Assembly: GCA_043821645.1 (NCBI GenBank)
Contig: JBDRCO010000059.1
Coordinates: 1-37,604, forward strand
Origin: Pseudomonadota bacterium
GTDB lineage: Bacteria > Myxococcota > JACRCW01 > JAFGSX01
Reading direction: 5' to 3'
DNA: 37,604 nt
The translations under genes and the position numbers were made by a program. Numbering within the stretch: the first letter of the stretch is position 1; each line of letters opens with the position of its first letter. The notes beneath the pieces are model-generated. The model did not search any database. It was not told where the DNA came from and saw nothing but the letters and a program-made list of their open reading frames with translations. Positions 26,174 to 35,756 of this stretch are shown here, piece by piece.

Positions 26174-29046
26174 ATGTCCTGGTCTCCCTGCTGCAGCGCG
26201 CGCGCCTCATCATTCTGCTCGTCACCGTGGCCCTCGCGGTGGGTGCTGCCTTTCTGCTACCGCGGTTGCGCATCGAGACCAACCTGATGAACTTCTTGCC
26301 CCCCGACGACATCGAGCTCGGCTTCTTCAAGGAGACCGGGCAGGTGTTCGGTGGCAACTACATCGGCATGGCCGCGCTCGAGGCGGACGATGTGCTCAGC
26401 GCACCGGCCCTGGTCGCCCTGCGCGACGTGACCCGCACCCTGCAGCAGGTGCCCGGCGTGGCCAGCGTGCTGAGCCTGTCCAACGTCATGGACATCCAGA
26501 AGACCGCCGACGGCATCGCGGTCACCGAGCTGCTGCCCGAGGACCCCGCCAGCCTCGACCCGGCGGCCCTGGCCGCGCTGCGCACGCGCATCCTGGCCAG
26601 CGAGCAGTACACGTCGGCCTTCGTCACCCCTGATGCCAAGACGGCCGCCGTGATGGTGCGCCTGCGCCCCGACACCGACGAGGAGAGCGTGGCGCGCGCC
26701 ATGCGCGCGGCCTGCGCCGAGCACTGGACCCTGGGCGCCGTACACCTCGCTGGCTTTCCGGTGGTCATGGAGTACCTGTTCAGCGCCCTGCTGCGGGACA
26801 TGAAGGTGCTCACCGCCCTGGTGGCCCTGGCCATCCTGGGGGTGCTGTTCGTCAGCTTCCGGGTGCCCCGGGGCGTGATCTTGCCCCTGGTCACGGTGAG
26901 CCTGTCGACCCTGGGTGCCTTTGCCGCGATGGCGCTGAGCGGCACCCCGGCGACCGTGATCTCGGCTGTGGTACCGGTGGTGCTGTTCTCGACGGGGACC
27001 GCCTACACCATCCACCTCCTCAACGCCGTGCACCAGGAGTACGCCGAGGGGGTCGAGCGCTGGGAGGCGCTGCGCCGCGCGCTGTCCAAGGTGGGCGTGG
27101 CCATCGTGCTGTCGGGCCTGACCACGGTGTTCGGCTTTCTGGCGCTGATGTCGTCGCCCCTGCTGCTGTTCGTGGACTTCGGCCTGTACGTGGCCGTGGG
27201 CGTGGCAGTGGCGCTGGTGCTGTCGTTAACCGTGATGCCGGTGGTGATCAGCTTCTTGCCCTCGAAGCCACCGCGCGCCGACGCCGAGCACCGCCACCCG
27301 GTCACCGATCGCCTTCTCGGTGGCCTGGCGCGCCTGGTGCACGCGCACCCGGCCGCGGTGGTGCTGACCGCAGTGCTCAGCGCCCTGGGTGGCAGCGTCG
27401 GCATGCTCAAGCTGCGGGGCGACATGGACGTGTTCGGCGTCATCGGCGAGCACAGCCCGCCGAGGCAAGCCCAGGACTTCATCACCCGCGAGTTCGGCGG
27501 CACCACGCCGCTCAGCGTGCACGTGCGCGCGGATCTCAAGGACCCGCTGGTGCTGGGCGAGCTGCTCAACGTCGAGAAGCACCTGCGCAACCTGCCGCGG
27601 GTCAGCAGCGTGGCCTCGGTGGCCGACGTGATCGCCGAGATGAACCAGAAGCTCAATGGCCTGCGCGCCGTGCCCTCGTCGCGCGAGGGCGTGGCCAGCC
27701 TGTGGCTGCTGCTCGAGGGCAACGACATGCTGCGCCAGCTGGTGACCGAGTCCGAGGACAGGGGCATGATCCAGGGCCGCATCGACGAGCAGGACAACCT
27801 GAGCCGCAACCGTCTGGTGGACGAGATCAACGCCCTGCTCAGGGCCCATGGCCGCGAGCAGCTGGTCCGCGTTCAGCGCGTCACCCTGGACGACGCGGCG
27901 CGTACCCGCCTGGCCTCTCTAGCCGCCGACGACATGCTTGAGCGGCTGGGTCAGGACCTGGCCTTCCGCCAGCTCACGCTGAAGGATCCCTCGACGCTGC
28001 GCGCGGCGCTGCTGGCCCAGCAGTCCCGCCCCCTGGCCGCACCGCCCCTCGAGCGCCGCCGCAACCTGATCGACGCCTACCTGGGCGCCGAGGACTGCGA
28101 CATCGAGATCGACGATCGCGCGCGCATCCCGGAGCTGGCAGCCGCCCTGGCAGCCCTCGACGCGCCCGGCGAAGAGGTGCTGGCCCGGACCCTGGTGGCG
28201 TCGCTGCCCGCGCTGGCCGAGGACGCCGAGGGCGTGCAGCTCGCGGCCCGGGCCATGCAACGCCGTCTCGACGAGGACAGCAGGCATCGCGAGCTGGGCA
28301 GCCTGCTATCCCACGTGCGCGCCGAGGTGGCGCCCGCGGCCGAGACCTGGACGCCAAGCCTGGAACAGGACCTGCGCGCGGACCTGTCCGGCGTGTTCGA
28401 GGACGGATGGGTGGTGACCCCCGCCCAGGCTCGCGATCTGCTCGGCGCCGAGGTGGATGCGAGCACCGTGTCGCGGCTCGAGCTGCATCAGACCGGCCTG
28501 CCTGTGATGGGTCAGCGCCTGGACAGCCAGCTCGTGCGCAGCCAGGTGATCAGCCTGATCGTGGCCCTGGTCACCGTGTTCGCCCTGCTCGTCGTGCAGA
28601 TGCGCTCTCTCGTCGGCAGCCTGATCAGCATCATGCCCATCGTGCTCACGCTGCTGGTCAACTTCGGCACCATGGGCCTGCTGGGCATCAGCGTGAACCC
28701 GGGCACCATGATGATCGCGGCCCTCGCCATAGGCATCGGCATCGATTACACGATCCACGTCGTCACCCGGCTGCGCGTGGAGGCCCGGCACGGGCTCGAA
28801 GGCGAGGCCCTGCTGGTGACCACCTTGCAGACCACGGGCCGCGCGGTGCTCATCAACGTGGCCTCGGTCGCCCTGGGCTTCGTGGTGCTGGCTGCCTCGC
28901 AGCTCGTCATCATGCAGCAGTTCGGGCTGCTGGTGGCGTACTCCATGCTGCTGTGCGGGCTGGGCGCGGTGACCGTGATCCCGGCCCTGGTGATCCTGCT
29001 CAAGCCGAGTTTCCTGCGCCGCAACGGGCAGGCACAGGACGCGTAG
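26170..29046 (+). CDS. MMPL/RND-superfamily inner-membrane transporter (958 aa)
   Basis: Start reassigned to ATG 26170. 1+5 / 1+5 TM organisation with two periplasmic domains; GIGIDYTIH, SGLTTVFGF.AL and GRAVLIN..SV.LGF.VL motifs. Confidence 0.92.
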   Translation: MNVLVSLLQRARLIILLVTVALAVGAAFLLPRLRIETNLMNFLPPDDIELGFFKETGQVFGGNYIGMAALEADDVLSAPALVALRDVTRTLQQVPGVASVLSLSNVMDIQKTADGIAVTELLPEDPASLDPAALAALRTRILASEQYTSAFVTPDAKTAAVMVRLRPDTDEESVARAMRAACAEHWTLGAVHLAGFPVVMEYLFSALLRDMKVLTALVALAILGVLFVSFRVPRGVILPLVTVSLSTLGAFAAMALSGTPATVISAVVPVVLFSTGTAYTIHLLNAVHQEYAEGVERWEALRRALSKVGVAIVLSGLTTVFGFLALMSSPLLLFVDFGLYVAVGVAVALVLSLTVMPVVISFLPSKPPRADAEHRHPVTDRLLGGLARLVHAHPAAVVLTAVLSALGGSVGMLKLRGDMDVFGVIGEHSPPRQAQDFITREFGGTTPLSVHVRADLKDPLVLGELLNVEKHLRNLPRVSSVASVADVIAEMNQKLNGLRAVPSSREGVASLWLLLEGNDMLRQLVTESEDRGMIQGRIDEQDNLSRNRLVDEINALLRAHGREQLVRVQRVTLDDAARTRLASLAADDMLERLGQDLAFRQLTLKDPSTLRAALLAQQSRPLAAPPLERRRNLIDAYLGAEDCDIEIDDRARIPELAAALAALDAPGEEVLARTLVASLPALAEDAEGVQLAARAMQRRLDEDSRHRELGSLLSHVRAEVAPAAETWTPSLEQDLRADLSGVFEDGWVVTPAQARDLLGAEVDASTVSRLELHQTGLPVMGQRLDSQLVRSQVISLIVALVTVFALLVVQMRSLVGSLISIMPIVLTLLVNFGTMGLLGISVNPGTMMIAALAIGIGIDYTIHVVTRLRVEARHGLEGEALLVTTLQTTGRAVLINVASVALGFVVLAASQLVIMQQFGLLVAYSMLLCGLGAVTVIPALVILLKPSFLRRNGQAQDA

Positions 29047-29075
29047 AGGCCCCACAGGGCCAGGAGGTTGATGTG

Positions 29076-29825
29076 ATGACCTTGCGACACAGGAGCGCGC
29101 TGCTGGTGGTGCTGGGCCTGCTTGGGCTGGCGGCCCCGGGCCGCAGCGACGAGGCCCTGGACATCCTGAAGCGAGTCGATGCCAGCTTTGGCGAAGCCAA
29201 GGACCAGACGTCGACGATGAAGATGGTGCTCGAGGACGCGGAGGGCAAGACCAAGGAGCGACAGCTCTCGGTGCAGCAAAAGGGTGCGCAGCTGCGCATG
29301 GTAAAGTTCCAGAGCCCGGCCGAGGTCAAGGGCGTGGCCTTCTTGACCCTCAGCGACGACGAGATGTACCTGTACATGCCCGAGTTCGGCAAGGTGCGGC
29401 GCATCGCCTCGCACCTCAAGAACGACACCTTCATGGGCACGGATTTCTCGTACAGCGACATGGGCGCCTCGGACTACGCCCGGCGCTACGATGGCACCCT
29501 GCTCAAGAAGGAGGGCACCCAGGCCACCCTCGAGCTGAAGCCCAAGAAGGGTCAGGACAGCCCCTACAGCAAGCTGCTGCTGGTAGTCGACCTCGAGCGC
29601 AACCAGGCGCTCAAGGTCGAACACTTCGACAAGGCGGGCCAGCCCTGGAAGGTCATGGAGTACGACAAGGTCGAGAAGATCTCGGGGCGCTGGGTACCGC
29701 GCCTGATCACCATGCGCGATCTGAAGAAGAAGCACGCCACCCGCATGGAGATGGTCGAGATCCAGTTCGACACCGGGCTCAAGGACAGCGATTTCAGCCA
29801 GCGCAAGCTCAAGCGCGCGCGCTAG
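29076..29825 (+). CDS. LolA-like 'outer membrane lipoprotein-sorting' periplasmic protein
   Basis: ATG 29076 with RBS AGGAGG; signal peptide; F.SPAEVKG..FL, YLYMP...KVRRI, FMGTDFSYSD and F..R.L motifs. Confidence 0.88.
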   Translation: MTLRHRSALLVVLGLLGLAAPGRSDEALDILKRVDASFGEAKDQTSTMKMVLEDAEGKTKERQLSVQQKGAQLRMVKFQSPAEVKGVAFLTLSDDEMYLYMPEFGKVRRIASHLKNDTFMGTDFSYSDMGASDYARRYDGTLLKKEGTQATLELKPKKGQDSPYSKLLLVVDLERNQALKVEHFDKAGQPWKVMEYDKVEKISGRWVPRLITMRDLKKKHATRMEMVEIQFDTGLKDSDFSQRKLKRAR

Positions 29826-29838
29826 TCAGGGAGCTTTC

Positions 29839-31209
29839 ATGCCCTCGCCCGTCCGTCACCTGGCCTTGCTGGTCGCCATCGCCGGGGCGGTGACCCGACC
29901 GATCGCGGCGCGCGCCGACAAGCTCGAACTCTCGGGCTGGCTCAAGCTCGACAAGCGCCTGCTGCTCGAGAACGACGCCGCGCAGCTGCCCATCCACCAC
30001 GAGGCCAACCTGGGGCTGGCGGCCTTTCCCGCCGATCAGCTCGAGGTGCACCTGGACAGCCGCCTGCGCTTTTACGACTTCGCGGTCACCCAGGGTTTCT
30101 CGGGCCTGGGCGATCCCAACCAGGCGGCGCCCCTGGACCTGCTGCTGTGGGACGCCTACGTCGACGTGTTCGACGTCATCGAGGACAGGCTCGACCTGCG
30201 CGTGGGCAAGCAGCGCATCGCCTGGGGCACCGCGGATCGCTTCAACCCCACCGACAACCTCAACCCCGACGACCTGTCAGACTTCCTGGACTTCGGCGCC
30301 AAGCTGCCCACCTGGGCCCTGCGCGCCGACCTGATCGTCGTCGACGGCTGGCTCAAGCTGCAGGCGGTGTGGCTGCCGGGACCGGTGCCGGCACTGCTGT
30401 CGCGCTTCGGCGAGCTGCCCCTGGGCAGCGGCACCACGGGCAGTATCGGCGACCTGACGCCGCCGGGCATCACCACCTCCGTCGGCGACATCTCCCTGGG
30501 CCTGCCCCGGGCCGACCCGATGCACAGCATGCAGGCGCTCAAGGCCGCGGGCAGCGCCTTTGGTGTGGATTGGTCGCTGTCGTACTTTCACGGCTACGAC
30601 GACATCCCCATCGAGAAGGACGTGATGATCCGGCTGATCAGCCCGGTTGAGATCGCGGTCGACGCGGTGGCCATCCTGCCCGAGATCCACGTCGCCGGTG
30701 CCGATCTGGCGGGCGAGCTGCTCAGCGTGGGCTGGTGGGTCGAGGCGGCGGTGTTCTTCCCGCAGGAGGTGGCGCTAGCGCTGACCGCACCCACACCCCA
30801 GGGCAGCAAGACCGTCGAGGCCGTGATCCTGCACAGCGATCCCTACACCAAGCTCACCGCGGGTCTCGACTACACCTTCTTCTGGGGCAGCTACATCAAC
30901 CTGCAGTACGTGCACGGCCTGTTCGCCGAGCGCGGTGGCGACCTGCACGACTATTTCGTGCTGGGTCTGCGCCATGGCTTCTTCGACGGCATGCTCACCC
31001 TGACCAACGGCGTGGTGTTCGAGACCGATGCCTTCGTCGACGTGGCCCACAACTACGGCGTCAGCGCGACCTACGAGCTGCTGTACAAGCCCTTTGACAA
31101 CATCGACCTCACGGCTGGACACGTGCTCATCGGCGGCGAGGGCAGCGCCCTGTTCGCCAGCATGCCCCGCGGCGACCAGACCTACATCAAGGCCAGGGTG
31201 TCGTTTTGA
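29839..31209 (+). CDS. Probable outer-membrane beta-barrel (DUF1302-like)
   Basis: Signal peptide (ARA-D); W.AYVD..LDLRVGKQRIAWG.AD.FNPTD.LNP.D motif; amphipathic strands; C-terminal YIKARVSF beta-signal. Confidence 0.78.
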   Translation: MPSPVRHLALLVAIAGAVTRPIAARADKLELSGWLKLDKRLLLENDAAQLPIHHEANLGLAAFPADQLEVHLDSRLRFYDFAVTQGFSGLGDPNQAAPLDLLLWDAYVDVFDVIEDRLDLRVGKQRIAWGTADRFNPTDNLNPDDLSDFLDFGAKLPTWALRADLIVVDGWLKLQAVWLPGPVPALLSRFGELPLGSGTTGSIGDLTPPGITTSVGDISLGLPRADPMHSMQALKAAGSAFGVDWSLSYFHGYDDIPIEKDVMIRLISPVEIAVDAVAILPEIHVAGADLAGELLSVGWWVEAAVFFPQEVALALTAPTPQGSKTVEAVILHSDPYTKLTAGLDYTFFWGSYINLQYVHGLFAERGGDLHDYFVLGLRHGFFDGMLTLTNGVVFETDAFVDVAHNYGVSATYELLYKPFDNIDLTAGHVLIGGEGSALFASMPRGDQTYIKARVSF

Positions 31210-31382
31210 GGTGGGCACAGACCCTGCTCGGGAGACCGTCCATGATGGGTATTTCGAATCGTGTTGATTCGAGCAGGCTGTGGGGCCCCGCCTTCACCGG
31301 CGAGTCTTTTTGTCCTCGCAGGCTCGGAAAAAAGTCCCGCCTGGGCCCCCCACAACGGGACGAACCAACACGATCGCGCGAA

Positions 31383-31814
31383 GTGGCGCGTGTTGTGCTT
31401 GGGGTCCTCGCACTTTCACTCGTGCTCGCACCCTCGTGCTTCTGGGAAGGTCGTTCGGGTCTGGACCCGGCGGCCTTCGAGGTCTTCGATTTCGAGAACT
31501 ACCAGCGCGCCATCGTTGGCTACTGCCAGAACGACGCCGACCAGGCCGCCCTCACCGACCCCGCCCTCGACCTCGAGGCCGAGGTCAGCGCCTGCTCCTA
31601 CGAGTGCCTGCTCAACGAGCTGATGTCGACCTGCGTGACCCGCTGCGTCCAGGACGAGGTTGGGCTCACCGAGGAGTGCGCGCGCTGCTACGGCGACAAC
31701 ACCGAGTGCGTCCTGCACAACTGCATCAACGACTGCGTCGACGGCAACTCGCCGGCCTGCACCACCTGCCGCGATCAGTACTGCACGGCGGCCTTCGAGG
31801 CCTGCAGCGGCTGA
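31383..31814 (+). CDS. Small putative lipoprotein with a 14-Cys domain
   Basis: Hydrophobic leader VARVVLGVLALSLVLAPSC from GTG 31383 (start uncertain); GC3-biased body with 14 Cys in about 95 aa. Confidence 0.7.
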   Translation: MARVVLGVLALSLVLAPSCFWEGRSGLDPAAFEVFDFENYQRAIVGYCQNDADQAALTDPALDLEAEVSACSYECLLNELMSTCVTRCVQDEVGLTEECARCYGDNTECVLHNCINDCVDGNSPACTTCRDQYCTAAFEACSG

Positions 31815-31981
31815 ACGTGCGCGGGCTGCCGCGAAGAGCTGCGGCCTCGTGCCATCCGGATGTGCCAACCACGTTCGCAGCCTCCGCACGCATTTTCCCT
31901 GATCTGCGATAGGCTGCGGCGCACGGGGCCCTGCCGGGCCTTCTCGGGGAGGCTGCCATCGACGCCGCCATTCAGCTCGCC

Positions 31982-34900
31982 GTGGTGCTGGTGCTGGCCA
32001 TCCTGGGCTTCGCCCTCATCGGCTTCGTCGTGGTGGTGCGCGCCATCTTCGGCAAGAAGAAGGTGCCACCCCTCGAGCCGGGCGCGACCCTGGGCCGGCG
32101 GGAGAGACTCGCCATCGTCGAGGAGGTCCTGGGTGCGGACATGCCACCCGAGCTGGCCGAGGAGCTCAGGCGCTGGCGCCTCGGGCTCGTTGGTTCGATC
32201 GGTCGGGCTCCAGAGGCTGTCGCGAACGCCCCGGAGGAAGCAACCGACGCCCACCTCGACGGGCCGGACGCTGCCGCCCCACAGCCCGCGATCCTGACAG
32301 CACCTGCCGATGCACCCTTGACCGGTGGCCCTGACCTCGTCGGCCTGGCTGCAGAGCCTGCAGCGGCCGGCGGGCTTGAGCCGGAGCAGGAGGCCCCCCC
32401 CATCCCACCCCGAAACCATGCCCTGGCAGTGGGGGACAGCAGGTCTGACGACGAGGACCAGGACCTAGGCGATGCGGGCCTGGCGGACGGCTTCAGCGTC
32501 CCCGGTGGCACGCTCGAGGTGAGTCCCGACATGGCGCGCCTGGCACAGCGCGCGCGGCCCGGCCTGGGCGCCTTTCTGTCCTTCGAGAACATCATCTTCT
32601 TGCTCTCGGCCGTGCTCATCCTCGGCGGCTCCCTGTACTTCGCGGCCGTCACCTGGAGCCGCGTCCCCGGCACCTGGCAGTACCTCTTCGTCGAGCTCAT
32701 CACCGCCTTCTACGGCGCGCTCATGCTGGTGGGCGCGCGCATCCTGATCCGGCGCCTCAAGCTCGACAGCGCCGCGCGCACCCTGGTGGCCATCGCCAGC
32801 GGCGTGAGCTTGCTGTGCGCGGCCATGGGCGCTGCGGCCTTCTTCCAGAGTGGCGTGGCGGGACTGATCGGCACGCTGGTGGCGGCGGGCTTTGCCCTGG
32901 CCTGCGGCAGCGCCCTGCTGCGGCTGCTCGACCTCCCCGTCGAACGCTCGCCCTTCTTCGCCGCCTCTGCCGCCCTGCTCACCCTCGCCGGCGGCGCCCA
33001 GGTCCTGGGCTCGGGCCCGGGCGCGGGTCTGGCCGTGCTCCTCGCCTCGGGTCTGGCGGTGATGCTGTTCGTGCCCCGCGACCGCGAGCTACAGCCCTTG
33101 CACGGCGTGATCGCGGCGGCCGTGCCGGTGGTGGGCCTGCTGCTCGCCGCCCCCGGAGAGATCGCGCTGGCGCACACGGCCCCGGCCCTGGCCGTGCTGG
33201 CCTGGCTCAGCGTCGAGGTCCGGGCGCGCGGCCATCGCTGGATCCCGCTGCCGGCAGTGCTGCTGGTCGGCCTGGCCATGATCCTGTCGCTGTCGTCGCT
33301 GGGCGCCGTGGCGGTGACCGCCCTGGTGGGTGTGGCCGTGCTGTGGCGCGCGGCCGAGCCACCAGTTGCCGTGGACGATACCAAGCTCGACGGCTTCTCC
33401 CTGCTGGCCGGCATCGCCGCAGGCCTGCTGTGGGTCTACCTGTCCGTGGCCTGGGCGCCGTCCATTGGCCTGTTGATGTCGCGCGAAGCCATCGACTGGC
33501 TGGTCGACCTCGTCACCAGCCCGGGCGAGCAAGTGAGCGCGTCCTGGGACGGCCTGGCTGCCCTGCCCGTGCTGGCCCTGGCGCTGTGGGAGAGCGCGCG
33601 CCGCCGTCGCGTCCAGGGCGACAGGGCGCGCGCCATCGTGGCCGAGCTCAGTGGCTTTGGCGTGTTCGTCGTCGGCAGCGGCCTCACCATGGCCACCTTC
33701 GAGCGCCAGCCCGTGCCCAGCGGCATCATCTTGCTCTTGCTGGCCGGTGCCTGGGGTTTCTGGTCCTTCCGTCGCCACTCGGCGCTGCGCCTGGCCGCGG
33801 CCCACATCGTGCTCCTGCTGGGACTGCTCAGCCTGGGTTCCTCGATCAGCGATTTCTGGGCAGCCCTGCTCCCCGGCCTGGCAGCGATGGCCATGGCTGC
33901 GGCCCCCTCGCGCAGCGCCCGTAGCGTGGCTTGCCTGGCGGCCCCGGGTTTTGCTCTGGCCCTGGTGGCGGACGGGCACTCACACCAGGTGTGGCCCACC
34001 ATCATTCTCGTCGTCACCGGCGTGCTGGCGCTGTGGCAGCCGGGTCTTGAGCGGCGCACGGTCGTGCGCGCCTTCGGACCACCGCTCTTGCTCCTGGGCT
34101 GGCTGGTGCTCCTGCTCATGGACCCCTCGGGGTCAGCGAAGCCCCTGCTCGACGACGATCTGGTCCTAGCCGCGATGGCAGTGTTCGTGCTGGCCTGCGC
34201 CGTGGTGGTCGCCACCTGGCGTGGACCGCGCTTCCTGACCATAGAGACCAACATCGCGGCCCTGGGCCTGGCCTTCATCGGCACGGCCATCGCCATGGAT
34301 CACGGGCCGGGCTACGACGAGACCGCCATCAACGGTGGCGCGGCCATCGTGGCCTTGCTGGCGCTGCTACTCACGCCGCGCGGCGCGGACAGGCGCTGGC
34401 TCGGCCTCAACTGGCTGATCACGGCCTTCGCCCTGCCCATCGCGGTGGCTCCCCTGTTCGAGGCGGAGGTGGCCTGGCCCGGAGCGGTCGCTGCCAGCGC
34501 CGGCACCGTGGCGCTGTTGCTGTGGAGCAGGCGCGAGCGCGCGGCCTGGCTCGGCGGCTTCGCCTTCGTCGAGTGGCTGGTGGCGGCCCTGTGGTGGACC
34601 TTGCTGGTGGCCACCTTCTTCTCGACTGGTGGCGGCGAGGAGCGCGTGCTGACGGTGCTGGGCATCGTCGCCACCGGGGTTGGCGGCGGCATCGCGGTCG
34701 TGGGCCAGCGCCTCTCGGCCGCAGGACCCGGCCTGGTGCGCGGCTTCAGCGTCACCTACCTGCTGTTCGCCCTGGGGCTGGGCCTCATCGGCATGACCGC
34801 CGTGGACCATCCCAAGGGCGTCGACGTGGTCATGGCCCTGGTCAACCTCGGTGGCATCGCCGGCTTTTCGTGGTTCCTGGCCACGCGCCACCGCAGCGGC

Positions 34901-35716
34901 TGGCTCATCTACCTCACCGAGGCCGCGGTGGTGGGCCTTTACGGCTACCTGCGGCTGCGCACCGACCTGCTCGACGGCCTTGCCGGCTACGACGGCGTGG
35001 TGCTGGTGGCCGGCGCCCTGGCGTTCACGGGCGTATCACGCCTGCTCGAGGACGCGAGGGCTGAACTCGGCGCCAGGCAATCGAGGCACCTGGCCGCAGT
35101 GCTGCCCCTCGTCGTGCCCTTCGTCTCGGAGTGGGATGGCAGCTTCTCAGACTCCCTGGGCATGGGCCTGGTCAGCGCCCAGTACGCCCTGCTGGCGCGC
35201 CTGGGCGGTGGGCAGCGCTACGCGTGGCTGGCGGCACTGGCGCTCAATGCACTGCTGTTCCCGATCTGGATCCGCCACAGCGTCGAGACGCCCATGGCTT
35301 ACCTCATGCCCGTGGGCATGACCCTGATGGTGATGGCGCGCCTGTACCGTGAGGCCCTGCGCGCGGCGGCTCCGGTGCTGCGCACCCTGGCGGCGCTCAT
35401 CGTGCTGGGCTCGACCTCGCTCGAGAGCTTCTCCTTCGACACCCTGCTGCCGGCCGTGCTCCTCGGCGCCCTGTCCGTGGGCGCGGTGCTGCTGGGCATC
35501 GCCTGGCGCCAGCGCGCCTACCTGTACATGGGCTTCGCCTTCCTGCTCCTCGACATCGCCGTCAACTTGACCCACTGGGGCATGAGCTCGCGCCTCATCG
35601 CTGGCACCCTGGGCGTGGTCGCGGGTGTGGCGCTGTTCGCGCTGGGCGTCAGCGTGGCCAGACACAAGGAGGAACTCCTGTCGCGCTACAGGAGAGTGCA
35701 GGAGTGGGAGTGGTAG
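31982..35716 (+). CDS. Very large polytopic membrane protein of unknown function
   Basis: N-terminal TM, about 150 aa of Pro/Ala/acidic linker, then FLSFENIIFLLSAVLILGGSLY and roughly 30 consecutive hydrophobic segments, ending ...RYRRVQEWEW. The true start may be slightly upstream (ATC 31958). Confidence 0.88.
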   Translation: MVLVLAILGFALIGFVVVVRAIFGKKKVPPLEPGATLGRRERLAIVEEVLGADMPPELAEELRRWRLGLVGSIGRAPEAVANAPEEATDAHLDGPDAAAPQPAILTAPADAPLTGGPDLVGLAAEPAAAGGLEPEQEAPPIPPRNHALAVGDSRSDDEDQDLGDAGLADGFSVPGGTLEVSPDMARLAQRARPGLGAFLSFENIIFLLSAVLILGGSLYFAAVTWSRVPGTWQYLFVELITAFYGALMLVGARILIRRLKLDSAARTLVAIASGVSLLCAAMGAAAFFQSGVAGLIGTLVAAGFALACGSALLRLLDLPVERSPFFAASAALLTLAGGAQVLGSGPGAGLAVLLASGLAVMLFVPRDRELQPLHGVIAAAVPVVGLLLAAPGEIALAHTAPALAVLAWLSVEVRARGHRWIPLPAVLLVGLAMILSLSSLGAVAVTALVGVAVLWRAAEPPVAVDDTKLDGFSLLAGIAAGLLWVYLSVAWAPSIGLLMSREAIDWLVDLVTSPGEQVSASWDGLAALPVLALALWESARRRRVQGDRARAIVAELSGFGVFVVGSGLTMATFERQPVPSGIILLLLAGAWGFWSFRRHSALRLAAAHIVLLLGLLSLGSSISDFWAALLPGLAAMAMAAAPSRSARSVACLAAPGFALALVADGHSHQVWPTIILVVTGVLALWQPGLERRTVVRAFGPPLLLLGWLVLLLMDPSGSAKPLLDDDLVLAAMAVFVLACAVVVATWRGPRFLTIETNIAALGLAFIGTAIAMDHGPGYDETAINGGAAIVALLALLLTPRGADRRWLGLNWLITAFALPIAVAPLFEAEVAWPGAVAASAGTVALLLWSRRERAAWLGGFAFVEWLVAALWWTLLVATFFSTGGGEERVLTVLGIVATGVGGGIAVVGQRLSAAGPGLVRGFSVTYLLFALGLGLIGMTAVDHPKGVDVVMALVNLGGIAGFSWFLATRHRSGWLIYLTEAAVVGLYGYLRLRTDLLDGLAGYDGVVLVAGALAFTGVSRLLEDARAELGARQSRHLAAVLPLVVPFVSEWDGSFSDSLGMGLVSAQYALLARLGGGQRYAWLAALALNALLFPIWIRHSVETPMAYLMPVGMTLMVMARLYREALRAAAPVLRTLAALIVLGSTSLESFSFDTLLPAVLLGALSVGAVLLGIAWRQRAYLYMGFAFLLLDIAVNLTHWGMSSRLIAGTLGVVAGVALFALGVSVARHKEELLSRYRRVQEWEW

Positions 35717-35756
35717 GGAGCCGATCGGTGGCGAGTACGAGTCCCAGGCTAGGGCG

